A stretch of DNA of 64,000 nt from Scyliorhinus canicula (taxonomy: Eukaryota), in NCBI RefSeq assembly GCF_902713615.1, contig NC_052158.1:51898539-51962538 (forward strand). The letters run 5' to 3'. The notes under the pieces are model-generated. The model ran no database searches and was not told where the DNA came from. It worked only from the letters and a program-made list of their open reading frames with translations. A program made the translations under genes and the position numbers. Below, in pieces: positions 11,520 to 23,912 of the stretch; positions within the stretch are counted from its first letter, which is position 1, and the number at the start of each line of letters is the position of its first letter.

Positions 11520-14500
11520 CCACTTTAAATCACATACTTGATTTCGACACCGATGACCCGAAGGCGCCTTTTCAAGTCGGCATCATAAGAAAAAACAGGG
11601 TGTACCCAAAGCACAGAATCAGCCTCTACTGATACACAGCATCGATCCGGATGACGAGTGGTGTGCCACCCTTACGGTCAACCGGTCCCAAATACGGTTC
11701 CACCTGGACCGCCTCAAGCAGCAGCTGCAAGACCTTCAGGACCAAGGAGTGATCTCCAGGGTCACGGAACCGACCGACTGGGTCAGTTCCATGGTATGTG
11801 TAAAAAAGCCTTCCGGCGAATTGAGAATTTGCATTGATCCCAAGGATCTCAATCGCAATATCATGAGGGAGCACCATCCAATTCCAAAGCGCGAAGAGCT
11901 CACATGTGAAATGGCTCACGCCAAGCTCTTTACCAAACTCAACACCTCAAAAGGATTCTGGCAAATCCAGCTTGATGAATCTAGCAGCAAACTCTGCACG
12001 TTCATTACCCCCTTTGGAAGATATTGCTACAACAGAATGCCGTTTGGGATCATCTCTGCGTCCGAGGTGTTCCATAGGATCATGGAACAAATCATGGAAT
12101 GGATTGAAGGTGTTCGCATCTATGTCGATGACATAATCATCTGGTCCACCACCCCGCAGGAGCACGTTAATCGCCTCCAGCGCATCTTCAGACGGATACA
12201 TGAACATGGCCTCTGCCTCAACAGAGCCGTGCTCTTTTGGTCAGACAGATATCAAGTTCCGAGGGGATCACATCTCCCAATTGGGTGTGCAGCCGGATGC
12301 GGACAAGGTAGCTGCCATCACAGCTATGAGAACGCCAGAAGACAAGAAGGCGGTCCTCCGGTTTTTGGGGATGGTGACATTTTTAGGGAAGTTTATCCTT
12401 AACCTCGCCTCTCACACCACGGCTCTCAGGAACCTGGTCAGGAAGACGACAGACTTCCAGTGGCTCCCTGCCCACAAGCGTGAATGGAGGGAACTCAGAG
12501 CTAAACTAACAACGGCCCCGGTCTTAGCTTTCTTTAATCCAGCAAAAGAGACCAAACTTTCGACAGATGCCAGTCAGTCCGGCATTGGAGCCGTGCTCCT
12601 GCATCGTGATGCGGCCTTATCATGGGCCCCTGTTGCATATGCGTCGTGGGCAATGACCCCACGGAGCAGCACTACAAGCAGATAGAAAAGGAATGCCTGG
12701 GCCTTCTGACCGGTGTTGTGAAATTTCACGATTATGTCTATAGGCTTTCTCAATTCACCGTTGAGACCAACCATCGCCCGCTGGTCAATATAATACAGAA
12801 GGACTTGAACGACATGACGCCTCGCCTCCAGCGTATTCTGCTCAAGCTCCGGAGATAAGACTTCCAGCTGGTGTACACCCCGAGCAAGGACCTCATCGTT
12901 GCGTACACTCTCTCCAGGTCAGTCAACACTCCATATGACCCAGTGGGGTTTGTCTGCCAGGTTGACGCCCATGTGGCATTCGCGGCCTCCAATCGCCCTG
13001 CCTCAGATGAACGCCTTGTCCAAATTCGCTGCAAAACGGTAGCTGACCCCCTGCTACAGCATGTCATGCACCACCTGATGGACGGGTGGCTCAAGGGTCA
13101 ATGCCCTCAGTTCTATAACATCAGAGACGATCTGGCTGTAATAGATGTGGTTCTTCTGAAACTGGACCGCATTGTGATCCCGCTTAGCATGCACCAGCTT
13201 GTCCTGGAACAATTCCGCGAGGGCCACCTGGGCGTGGGGAAGTGTCGCCGACGGGCCAGAGAGGCTGTGTACTGGTCCGGTATCAATGATGACATCGCCA
13301 ACACAGTGCTCGACTGTCCCACCTGTCAGCGCTTTCAGCCGGCCCAACCATGAGAGACACTGCAGCCCCATGAGTTGGTCACGTCACCTTGGACCAAGGT
13401 GGGCATCGACCTGTTCCACGCGCTGGGGAGAGACTATGTCCTGATCGTGGACTACTTTTCAAGGTGATACGGTTGCACGACCTCACTTTGTCCGCAGTCT
13501 TTCGGGCATGCATAGAAACCTTTGCTCGACACGGCATCCCACTCACGGTGATGTCAGACAATGGCCCCTGCTTCACCAGCCAGGAATGGTCCAGCTTTGC
13601 CTGGTGGTACAATTGTGCCCATGTGACGTCCAATCTCCTGTACCCCCAATCCAACGGCAAAGCGGAGAAGTGAGTACACATCGTCAAGAGGCTCCTATGC
13701 AAGGCTGCCGATGCTGGGTCTGATTGCTACCTTGCCTTACTGGTCTATCGCTCCTCTCCCCTGTCCACTGGCCTGTCGCTCCGCCCCCCTGTCCACTGGC
13801 CTATCGCTCCGCCCCCCTGTCCACTGGTCTATCGCTCCTCTCCCCTGTCCACTGGCCTGTCGCTCCGCCCCCCTGTCCACTGGCCTGTCGCCAGCCCAAC
13901 TACTCATGAATCGCACCCTGAGGATGACGATGCCGTCCATCCATGTCCCAGACCTCGACCACGTCCCGGTTCTTCGCCGGATGCAGCTGTCTCGTGCACA
14001 GCACAAGGCGGCTCATGACTCCCGTGCCGCTGATCTCCCCGCTCTCGCTCCAGATGACAACATTCGCGTCCATCTTCCGGATGGTGGCTGGTCTGCAACC
14101 GCTGTTGTCCTTAGGCAGGTGGCCCCCCCGCTCATTTCTGGTTCGGCTACCAGATGGCTCTGTTCTGCGCAGCAATCGACGCGCCCTTCGCCTCATTCCA
14201 CGCCCGCCACGTGATCCTCCGGTGTTGCCTCGCCCTCATGCTGACCCTGCCACGGACTGTGCAGAGTTTCCTGTCACTCTGCCTCCCCCTGACTGTGATG
14301 CCGTCCAGCCCGCTCCTGAACCGGCGGCTCTCGACCCACCCCTGAGGCGGTCAACCAGAATTCATCGCCCACCTCAGAGACTAAACTTATGAACTTTGCA
14401 AAGTTATGGACTCTCTGACTTGTTTTGTTGCCTTGTTTGATCGTTTTCCTGGTTAATGCTGTTCTCGTTCCTCTTGTTGCATACTGCTTCTCTGCACCAG

Positions 14501-14638
14501 GCACCTTCCCTTGTAAATAGGTTAGTTTTCATGTACATAGTCCTGTAAATATGTCTTCGCACCCCACACGTAGTTAAGAACATTATCACCACACATTATT
14601 TATTGCCACAAACATACATTTTTTTTTTAAAAGGGGGG
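11520..14638 (+). mobile_element. Ty3/Gypsy internal region (RT-RNase H-IN), 5'-truncated and decayed
   Basis: RICIDPKDLN, MPFGI, YVDD, STDASQSGIG, HLGVGKCRRRAR..CPTC, SDNGPCF and YPQSNGKAE motifs; PPT AAAAGGGGGG at 14629-14638. Confidence 0.93.
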
Positions 14639-15387
14639 TGTCATAATATACACCAGTATATCATGGTGCAGACACACACTCTGATTGACACACAGCAAGA
14701 CCAATCAACATGCATAACACCGCAGCCAATCACCAGTTAGAGCACACTCACTATAAAGACAGAGGGCATCAGTTTCCCCGCCCTTTCAGAAGTACAAGAG
14801 CTTACAGCACAGATCCTCATTGTGGTGAATGTGATTCACACTATATATAGTTGCCAATATCACTCCATGTATATATGTTCGTTATCTACCCGTTGTAAGA
14901 TCAATGCTGTATATAGTTGCCAATATAACTCCGTGTATATATGTTCACTATCCACCATTGTAAGTACAGTTGCACTATCCGACCACCAGGGGGAGTCACT
15001 CTGGGAGTACGCAATAGTTTGTACTGGGCTCCTCCCTTGGCTCCGCCCAGGACTCCTCCCCCTGGGACCGATGTATAAAGATCAGTGCCTTAGAGCCAGC
15101 CTGCAGTACATCTGAAGTTCAACGACGAATAGGCTGGCTCTGTTGTAAGTGTATTAAAGCCTCTATTCAGATCCAACTACACGTGTTCGCTGAATTGATG
15201 GTTCCATCACTCACCATGTGCTGAGTGATTAGACTAGTTAGGCTAGGCATAGGTCTTTAGTTTAATCTAACATCGTGTTAACCCACAGTCAGAGTATGTT
15301 CAACAGTTTATAGTTTAATAAAATAGTGTTGTACTATTTTAAGTGTTGGTGGCCTGTATGTGTTCCACGGATCCAGAGCACCCAACA
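14639..15387 (+). mobile_element. 3' LTR of the Gypsy element
   Basis: TG start directly after the PPT; CCAAT boxes, TATAAA at ~14752, AATAAA at ~15317; ends ...CCCAACA. Confidence 0.82.
14821..15209 (+). mobile_element. Solo LTR of another family nested inside the Gypsy LTR
   Basis: TGTGG...CATCA ends; flanks CTCAT/CTCAC (imperfect 5-bp TSD); TATAAAG at ~15074 and ATTAAA at ~15153. Confidence 0.75.
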
Positions 15388-15389
15388 GT

Positions 15390-15770
15390 CCTGTCTCTTC
15401 CACATTTCTCTCTCTCTGACACAGTCCTGCTCCTCTCACATTCACAGTCGTCTCGCTCACTCACATTTCTCTGTTTCTCAGACACATAGCCCTGTCTCTC
15501 ACTCACTCATTCTTCTCTCTCCCTCAGACACAGTTCTGTCTCTCACTCCCATTTCTGAGTCTACCTCAGACAGTCCTGTTTCTATCACACATTTCTCACA
15601 CACAACCCTGTCCTTCACACACACGCATACATGTGTCTCTCTCTGACTCACAGTCGTGTCTCTTACACTCTCACGGTTCTCTCTCTTCCCACACACAGTC
15701 ATCCCCTCTCACACACAGACTTTGAGTTTATATGTGCCTGTCACTGTTTTTCTCACTCTGCCTCTCCACA
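15390..15770. repeat. CT/CA-rich low-complexity repeat in PSMB8 intron 1
   Basis: Degenerate (ctctcacacag)n-type sequence. Confidence 0.7.
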
Positions 15771-15877
15771 ATCCTCCTGTTTTTCTGCTTTACAGTTTTT
15801 AGTTCAGAAAACGAGTGTGATGTTGAAGAAACCGGAACCAATTCAAACATTAGCAGAGTGAAACTCCAATTACTCAC

Positions 15878-16021
15878 ATCCAACCCCCGCGGCACGGATA
15901 TTTCCCCGTTCCTGGCACCGAAAGCAAAGTCATGCCCCTGATCCAGAAACTGCTCTTTTTCTCCGAAAGGGAATGCAGCCCGACCCCAGTCCTGAAACCC
16001 GCAAACATCAACCAGCGCCAT
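15878..16021 (-). CDS. PSMB8: Immunoproteasome subunit beta type-8 (LMP7), coding exon 1 (propeptide)
   Basis: Encodes MALVDVCGFQDWGRAAFPFGEKEQFLDQGHDFAFGARNGEISVPRGLD, matching the PSMB8 pattern MALLDVCG...LALPRGMQ; good Kozak (gaaATGG); 48 codons ending at a phase-0 donor GAT|GTGAGT as in PSMB8; MHC class I gene nearby. Confidence 0.88.
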
Positions 16022-16063
16022 TTCCAGAGAGAGAGACGGAGGGAGAGAGCTTCTTCACCAAAC

Positions 16064-16135
16064 CCGGAAAGTGGAATCGAAAGTAACTTCAGATCAACCG
16101 AAACTCAACAGCAACCCGCCCCCATCACATTGGCG
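16064..16135 (-). promoter_or_regulatory. PSMB8 proximal promoter: ETS, ISRE/EICE, IRF-like site, GC box and CCAAT
   Basis: CCGGAA at 16064; GAAAgtGGAAtcGAAAgt at 16067-16084; AACCGAAACT at 16096-16105; CCCGCCCC at 16115; ATTGG at 16129; all 45-115 bp upstream of the ATG. Confidence 0.7.
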
Positions 16136-16137
16136 GC

Positions 16138-19100
16138 TGAGGGGTCGGGGTCACATTGGAATTCGGGACTGAGGGGGTCACATTGGGATTTGGGGCTGTA
16201 GGGGGTTAATTTGGGAATGGACAATGAGGGGGTTAATTTGGGAATGGACAATGGGTTTGGGCAATGAGGGGGTCACATTGGGATTGGGGACTGAGGGGGT
16301 CACATTGGGATTGGGGACTGAGGGGATTCACATTGCGATTGGGGTCTGAGGGGGTCACATTGGGATTGGGGACTGAGGGGATTCACATTGGGATTGGGGA
16401 CTGAGGGGGGGTCACATTGGGATTGGGGACTGAGGGGGTCACATTGGGATTGGGGTTTGAGGAGATTCACATTGGGATTGGGGACTGAGGGTGTCACATT
16501 TGGATTGGGGCTGAGGGGGTCACATTGTGTTTGGGGACTGAGGGGATTAACATTGGGATTGGGGACTGAGGGGGTCACATTGGGATTGGGGACGGAGGGG
16601 GGTCACATTGGGATTGGGAACTGAGGGGTCACATTGGGATTGGGGTTTGAGGAGATTCACATTGGGATTGGGGACTGAGGGGGTCACATTGGGATTGGGG
16701 ACGGAGGGGGGTCACATTGGGATTGGGAACTGAGGGGGTCACATTGTATTTGGGGACTGAGGGGATTAACATTGGGATTGGGGACTGAGGGGGTCACATG
16801 GGATTGGGGACGGAGGGGGGTCACATTGGGATTGGGAACTGAGGGGGGTCACATTGGGATTGGGGTTTGAGGGGATTCACATTGGGATTGGGGGACTGAG
16901 GGTGTCACATTTGGATTAGGGGCTGAGGGGATCACATTGTGTTTGGGGACTGAGGGGATTAACATTGGGATTGGGGACTGAGGGGGTCACATTGGGATGT
17001 GGACGGAGGGGGGTCACATTGGGATTTGGACTGAGGGGGTCACATTGGGATTGGGGACTAAGGGGTTTCATATTGGGATTGGGGTCTGAGGGGGTCACAT
17101 TGGGATTGGTGACTGAGGGGATTCACATTAGGATTAGGGTTTGAGGGGATTCACATTGGGATTGGGATTGAGGGGGTCACATTGGGATTGGGGACTGAGG
17201 GGGTCACATTGGGATTGGGGACTGAGGGCATTCCTATTGGGATTGGGGACTGAGGGGATTCATATTAGGATTGGGGTTTGAGGGGATTCACATTGGCATT
17301 GGGGATTGAGGTGGTTCGCATTGGGATTGGGGATTGAGGGGGTCAGATTGGGATTGGGGACAGAGGCAGCTCACATTGGCATTGGGGACTGAGGGGATTC
17401 ACATTGGGATTGGGGACTGAGGCTGGTCACATTGTGTTTCCGGACTGAGGGGATTCACATTGGGATTGGGGTTTGAGGGGGTCACATTGGGATTGGGGAC
17501 AGGAGATTCACATTGGGATTGGGGTCTGGGGTCACATTGGGATTGGGGACTGAGGGGGTCACATTGGGATTGGGGATTGGGGTCACATTGGGATTGGGGA
17601 CTGAGGCTCGTCATATTGGGATTGGGGACTGAGGGGATTCACATTGGGATTGGGGACTGAAGGGATTCACATTGGGATTGGGGTTTGAGGGGGTCACGTT
17701 GTGTTTGGGGACTGAGGGGGTCACATTGGGGTCTGGGGTCATATTGGGATTGGGGACTGAGGGGGTCACATTGGGATTGGGGATTGGGGTCACATTGGGA
17801 TTCGGGACTGGAGTCATATTGGGATTGGGGACTGAGGAGGGGTCACATTGGGATTGGGGATTGAGGCTGCTCACATTGGGATTGGGGACTGAGGGGATTC
17901 ACACTGGGATTGGGGACTGAGGGCCTCACATTGGGATTGGGGACTGAGGGGGTCACATTGAGATTGGGGACTGAGGGGAATCACATTGGGATTGTGGACG
18001 GAGTCTGGTCACATTGCGATTTGGGGCTGAGGCTGGTCACATTGGGATTGGCGACTGAGGGGATTCACATTGGGATTGGGGACTGAGGGGCGGTCACATT
18101 GGGATTGGGGACTGGGGTCACATTGGGATTGGGGATTGGGGTCACATTGGGATTGGGGACTGGGGTCACATTGGGATTGGGGCCTGAGGAGGGGTCACAT
18201 TGGGTTTGGGGACTGAGGGGGTCACATTGGGATTGGGGACTGAGGGGGTCACATTGGGATTGGGGACTGAGGTCACATTGGGATTGGGGACTGGGGTCAC
18301 ATTGGGATTGGGGACTGAGGCGGGGTCACGTTGGGTTGATGGACTGAGGGGGTCACATTGGGATTGGGGACTGAGGAGGGGTCACGTTGGGTTGATGGAC
18401 TGAGGGGGTCACATTGGGATTAGTGACTGAGGGGGTCACATTGGGATTGGGGACTGGGGTCACATTGGGATTGGGGACTGGCGTAACATTGGGATTGGAT
18501 ACTGGGGTCACATTGGGATTGGGACTGAGGAGGGGTCACATTGGGTTGATGGACTGAGGGGGTCACATTGGGATTGGGGACTGAGGAGGGGTCACATTGG
18601 GTTGATGGACTGAGAGGGTCACATTGGGATTATGGACTGAGGGGGTCACATTGGGTTTGGGGACAGAGGGGGTCACATTGTGATTGGGCACTGAGGCTGG
18701 TCTCATTGGGATTGGGGCCTGAGGGGGTCACATTGGGATTCGGGCCTGAGGGAGGGGTCACATCGGTATTGGGGACTGAGGGGGTCACATTGGGACTGGG
18801 GACAGAGGGGATTCACATTGGGATTGGGGACTGAGGGAGGGGTCACATTGGGATTGGGGACTGAGGGGTCACATTGTGATTGGGTTCTGAGGGGTCAAAT
18901 TGGGATCGGGGACTGAGGGGGTCACATTGGGATTGCGGACTGAGGGGATTCACATTGTGAGTGTGGAAGTCAGGGGATTCAAATTGCGATTGGGGACGAG
19001 GATTTCACAAAGGGATTGGTGATTGAGGGGAATCACATTGTGATTGGGAATTGAGGGGATTCACATTGGGATTGGGGACTGAGGGGGTCATATTGGGATT

Positions 19101-20219
19101 GGCGACTAAGGAGGTCATATTGGGATTGGGGATTCAGTCCGTCACTTTGGGATTGAGGACTGAGGGGATTCATATTGGGATTGGGGACTGAGGCTGGTCA
19201 CATTGGGATTGGGGTCTGAGTGGGTCACATTGCGATTGGGGATTGAGGGGGTCACATTGGGATTGGGGACTGATGGGTTCACATTGGTATTGGGGCCTGA
19301 GGGGGTCACATTGGGATTGGGGACTAAGAGGGTCACTTTGGGATTGGGGACTGAGGGGATTCACATTGGGATTGGGGACTGAGGCTGGTCACATTGGGAT
19401 TGGGGTCTGAGGGGGTCACTTTGGGATTGGGGACTGAGGGGATTCACATTGGGATTGGGGACTGAAGGGGGTCGCACTGGGATTGGGGATTGACGGGATT
19501 CACATTGGGATTGGGGGACTGAGGGGATCACGTTGGGTTTGGGGTCTGAGGGGGTCACATTGGGATTGGGGACTGAGGCTGGTCACATTGGGATTGAGGT
19601 CTGAGGGGGTCACATTGGGATTCGGGAATGGGGTCACATTGGGATTGGGGACTGACGGGATTCACATTGGGTTCAGGGACTGAGGGGGTCACATTGGGAT
19701 TAGGCACTGAGGGGGTCACATTGGGATTAGGCACTGAGTGGGTCACATTGGGATTGGGGAATGGGGTCACATTGGGATTGGGGACTGGGTCACATTGGGA
19801 TTGGGGACTGGGGTCACATTGGGATTGGGGACTGGGGTCGCATTGGGATTGGGGACTGATGGGGTCAGAGTGGGATTGGTGACTGATGGGGTCAAATTGA
19901 GATTGGGGACTGGGGTCACATGGGGATTGGGGACTGGGGTCACATTGGGATTGGGGACTGAGGAGGGGTCACATTGGGATTGTGGACTGAGGGGGTCACA
20001 TTGGGATTGTGGACTGAGGGGGTCACATTGGGATTGTGGTCTGAGGGGATTCACATTGGGATTGGGGACTGAGGCTGGTCACATTGGGATTGGGGACTGA
20101 GGGGATTCACATTGGGATTGGGGACTGAGGGGTCACATTGGGATTGGGGACTGAGGGGATTCACATTGGGATTGGGGACTGAGGCTGGTCACATTGGGAT
20201 TGGGGACTGAGGGGTCACA
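16138..20219. repeat. G-rich minisatellite, ~27-bp unit GGGATTGGGGACTGAGGGGGTCACATT, running into an assembly gap
   Basis: About 150 degenerate units with 21-27 bp variants; N gap at 20220-20719. Confidence 0.97.
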
Positions 20220-20719
20220 NNNNNNNNNNNNNNNNNNNNNNNNNNNNNNNNNNNNNNNNNNNNNNNNNNNNNNNNNNNNNNNNNNNNNNNNNNNNNNNNN
20301 NNNNNNNNNNNNNNNNNNNNNNNNNNNNNNNNNNNNNNNNNNNNNNNNNNNNNNNNNNNNNNNNNNNNNNNNNNNNNNNNNNNNNNNNNNNNNNNNNNNN
20401 NNNNNNNNNNNNNNNNNNNNNNNNNNNNNNNNNNNNNNNNNNNNNNNNNNNNNNNNNNNNNNNNNNNNNNNNNNNNNNNNNNNNNNNNNNNNNNNNNNNN
20501 NNNNNNNNNNNNNNNNNNNNNNNNNNNNNNNNNNNNNNNNNNNNNNNNNNNNNNNNNNNNNNNNNNNNNNNNNNNNNNNNNNNNNNNNNNNNNNNNNNNN
20601 NNNNNNNNNNNNNNNNNNNNNNNNNNNNNNNNNNNNNNNNNNNNNNNNNNNNNNNNNNNNNNNNNNNNNNNNNNNNNNNNNNNNNNNNNNNNNNNNNNNN
20701 NNNNNNNNNNNNNNNNNNN

Positions 20720-21178
20720 ATAGGGTGGATACCTGAGTTTGTGTAGGGTGATCATTGCTCGGCACAACATCGAGGGCCGAAGGGCCTGTTCTGTGCTGTA
20801 CTGTTCTATGTTCTATGTTCTATAACTGAGCAAGCACTAGAGGGAGCACGGGAGAGCTATAAATACACAGGGACAGGAAGTGAGGCCACACTTCACGGAA
20901 GGCAGAACTCGTAGCACCTTTGAGACTACGAGCTTTATTAAGACACGAGGAACAACACAGAGTGTGCTGCGGTGAAGCAGAGGATCCGTCCGATGGAGAA
21001 TCCGGCCCAGAGTATTCAATTCTGGTCACCACACTACCAGAAGGAAGTGGAGGCTTTGGAGAGGGTACAGAAGAGGTTTACCAGGATTTTGCCTGGAATG
21101 GAGGGCATTTGCTATCAGGAGAGGTTGGATAAACTCAGTGTGTTCTCACTGGAACGACGGAGGTCGAGAGGCAACCTG
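20720..21178 (+). mobile_element. HE1 tail, LTR-like fragment (TATAAATA at ~20857) and short CR1 RT fragment
   Basis: HE1 3' end at 20720-20823; IQFWSPHYQKEVEALERVQ at ~21010-21178. Confidence 0.6.
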
Positions 21179-21179
21179 G

Positions 21180-22100
21180 TCACTGTATGGACATCGTTGT
21201 GTCGGGACTCCGCGTCGGTTTCTGGCCTGATAGGTGTCATCAGCCACGACTGCAACCCCTGTTGCCTCGCAGCCAACCCTACAGCCGGTGGGGGGGGGTG
21301 CCCGTCAAACATGCCAGGGATCACCGAGTATGCCAGGATGAAGGAATAGTGCACGCTGCTGGGTGTTGGGCACAGACATGCATGATGCGCATCTGTTGAT
21401 CGCAGACCAGCTGGATGTTTATGGAGTGGAACCCCTTTCTGTTTGTATATAGAGGCCTATTATCCGCAGGTGCACGTAGGGTAACATGCATGCCATCGAT
21501 CACCCCCTGGACCCAGGGCATCATGGCGATGGCAGTGAACCCTGCAGCCTGGGCATCCTGGAGGCCGTGGTCCACATGGAACAGAATGTACTGGTCCTCC
21601 TATGCATATAGGGCCTCCGTGACGGCGCTACTGAACCTGTGTACCGATGTCTGCGAGATCACAGACAGGACCCGACTTGGTGAATGGAAGGACCCTGCTG
21701 CATAGAAGTTGAGGATGGCGGTCACCTTGACAGTCACCGGGAGCGGGTGTCCTCCTCCATACCGCTGTGGTACCAGGTGTGCCATCATCTGGCAGATGTG
21801 TCCCTCTGCTCATTCGCAGTCTCCGTCTGCATATCGGTCCGGCATGTTCTCGACTGACATGCGGCACCGGTACACAAGGGGCCTCATCTGGTGCCCCCTT
21901 GTCACCTCCTCCTCCTCCTCGGCTTGTTAGGCAGCCGGCCCTCCAGCCTGTGTGGCCGCTACCTGCCCCTCTCCAGCCGGCTCCTCTGCTGCAGCCTCCA
22001 CCTCCTCTCTGAGCGACCCCTGCTCACGCTACCACAGGGAACCCCCACCCCCCCCACCTCTGGCCAGGCTGGTCATGTGGAATGCATGAGGGTTGAATGG
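21180..22100 (-). pseudogene. PIF/Harbinger (HARBI1-like) DDE transposase relic
   Basis: HPLPVTVKVTAILNFYAAGSF and VQGVIDGMHV..NRKGFHSINIQLVCD motifs; frameshifted. Confidence 0.85.
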
Positions 22101-22109
22101 GCCGGTTAA

Positions 22110-22981
22110 ACGGTCACGTGTTTTCGTGTATCTGAGGAGTCTGAAGGCGGAAGTTGCAGGAGACGCACCTGAAGCTGGGGAATCAGACGAGGCTGAGGAA
22201 GGAATGGGTGGAACAGGTGTTCCACTCAGGGCTGGATATGAAGATGAGGGGGATAACTCTGTTGGTTAACAAGATGTTGGCTTTTGTGTTTGGGAGCTTT
22301 GTGTGGCCTATCCGGCTGCTGGCGGATGAGGGTGTGTGTGTGAGCGGGTGAGGGCTGCTATTCGGGGTATGTGGAGTTGAGCGACACAGGGAAGGACACA
22401 GCCGGCATGCTGTGGAGGGCACTTGATTCGGGTGCATAGGGAGAGGGTGGAGCAGGAGGAGAGAGCAAGGATGGTCGTTGAGATTCTGAGGGTGGATTGG
22501 AAGCACTCGGTGTTGAAGGAAGAGGGGCTGCTAAGAGAAAGACGGAAGCTCCAGATGGAGTTTGGATTAGTGTCCATGTGGAAGGCAGTGGGTATTGAGG
22601 AGGGCCAGATGGACAGTGTAGGAGTACGGGAAGAAGGCAAGCAGGATCCTGGCCCAACAGTTGAGGGAGCAAGCAGCGGTGAGGGAGATTGGTAGGGTGA
22701 GGGATGAGAGGGGTAAGGTGGTGATGGATCCGGAGTGGGTGAATGGGCATTTGAGGTCTTCAATAGGAGACTGTACGAGTCAGAGCCACCGGCTGGCGAG
22801 GAGGGGGTGCGGCGATTCCTAGATAGGTTGGAGTTCCCTAAGGAGGAGAGGCTCCAATTGGCCTAAGGGAGATGATGGTTGACATGATTGTGATGCAGGC
22901 CAGGAAGGCCCCAGTCCTGTACATGTTCTCAGTAGAGTTTTATAAGTTTGGTGCCGAAATGGAACTACTGCTGGTGAGGAT
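22110..22981 (+). mobile_element. L1 relic, left part (endonuclease region), split by the provirus
   Basis: LQETHL motif at ~22155; the reading continues across the TSD into 36184 (ctggtgaggat|gtacaacaag). Confidence 0.8.
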
Positions 22982-23844
22982 TGTAGCCACCTGGATTGGC
23001 CACTTCCTCACACAAAATGGAAGGACGCAAAGGTTACAGGGAAAAATGGACATTGGCAAAGAAACAAGCAGTTTACAGAATTCCCTGTATTCTAGCTGCT
23101 AAAGAAACCAGACAGAATTGTAACTAACACGGGCAGCAGGGTAGCATGGTGGTTAGCATAAATGCTTCACAGCGCCAGGGTCCCAGGTTCGATTCCCGGC
23201 TGGGTCACTGTCTGTGCGGAGTCTGCATGTCCTCCCCGTATGTGCGTGGGTTTCCTCCGGGTACTCCGGTTTCCTCCCACAGTCCAAAGATGTGCGGGTT
23301 ACGTGGATTGGCCAGGCTAAATTGCCCTTAGTGTCCTAAAAAAAAAAAATAAGGTTAATGGGGGGATTGTTGGGTTACTGGTATAGGGTGGATACGTGGG
23401 CTTGAGTAGGGTGATCATTGCTCGGCACAACATCGAGGGCCGAAGGACCTGTTCTGTGCTGTACTGTTCTAATTCTAACAAGCTGCGCATATTAAGTGAG
23501 CGATTCACGGTGATTCCCAGGCACAATGGACACAACAGTTAACTGCAATCGCTACATTCTATAGAAGGTCAGACATCCCGGCGCCAGTTCCCTTATCCAG
23601 ATAAGTATTGGCCTGTTAGTGGTAGTGATAGCCTAGTCTTTTAGTTTTATATGCATGAGTAGTAGATAACTGTATTATAATAAACGCGTCTTGTTTGAAC
23701 TTACTAACTGGTGTATTGAGTTATTGGTCTGAACCTGAACTTGAATCTTGTGGCGGTATCATAAGGATACCTGGCGACTCTAGAGCTAAGGAATAAAACA
23801 GAGCTAAATTGAGTGTAAAGTACACTCACCCAGAACGAGCAACA
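22982..23844 (+). mobile_element. 5' LTR (HE1 insertion at 23131-23474; ~400-bp internal deletion)
   Basis: Colinear with 35274-36183; SINE flanked by CTAACA direct repeat. Confidence 0.93.
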
Positions 23845-23849
23845 TTTAG

Positions 23850-23872
23850 TGGCGAACTCTGACGGGACTCGA
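23850..23872 (+). promoter_or_regulatory. Primer-binding site, tRNA-Arg(UCU)-like
   Basis: TGGCGAACTCTGACGGGACTCGA versus the complement of the vertebrate tRNA-Arg-TCT 3' end as recalled (TGGCGACTCTGGTGGGACTCGA); 5 nt after the LTR. Confidence 0.6.
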
Positions 23873-23878
23873 CTAGAA

Positions 23879-23912
<34 letters not shown>

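Noticed and set aside
15732-16201. Plus-strand ORFs and an acceptor-like site at ~15792
   Set aside because: No homology; the minus-strand PSMB8 reading explains the Kozak context, donor and promoter layout.
16300-20770. Many short Pro/Asn- or Gly/Trp-rich ORFs, and an array superficially like CRISPR
   Set aside because: Direct tandem minisatellite with no unique spacers, in a vertebrate genome with no cas genes.
23131-23210. tRNA genes at SINE heads
   Set aside because: A and B boxes run into V-domain and LINE tails; these are SINEs, not cloverleaf tRNAs.
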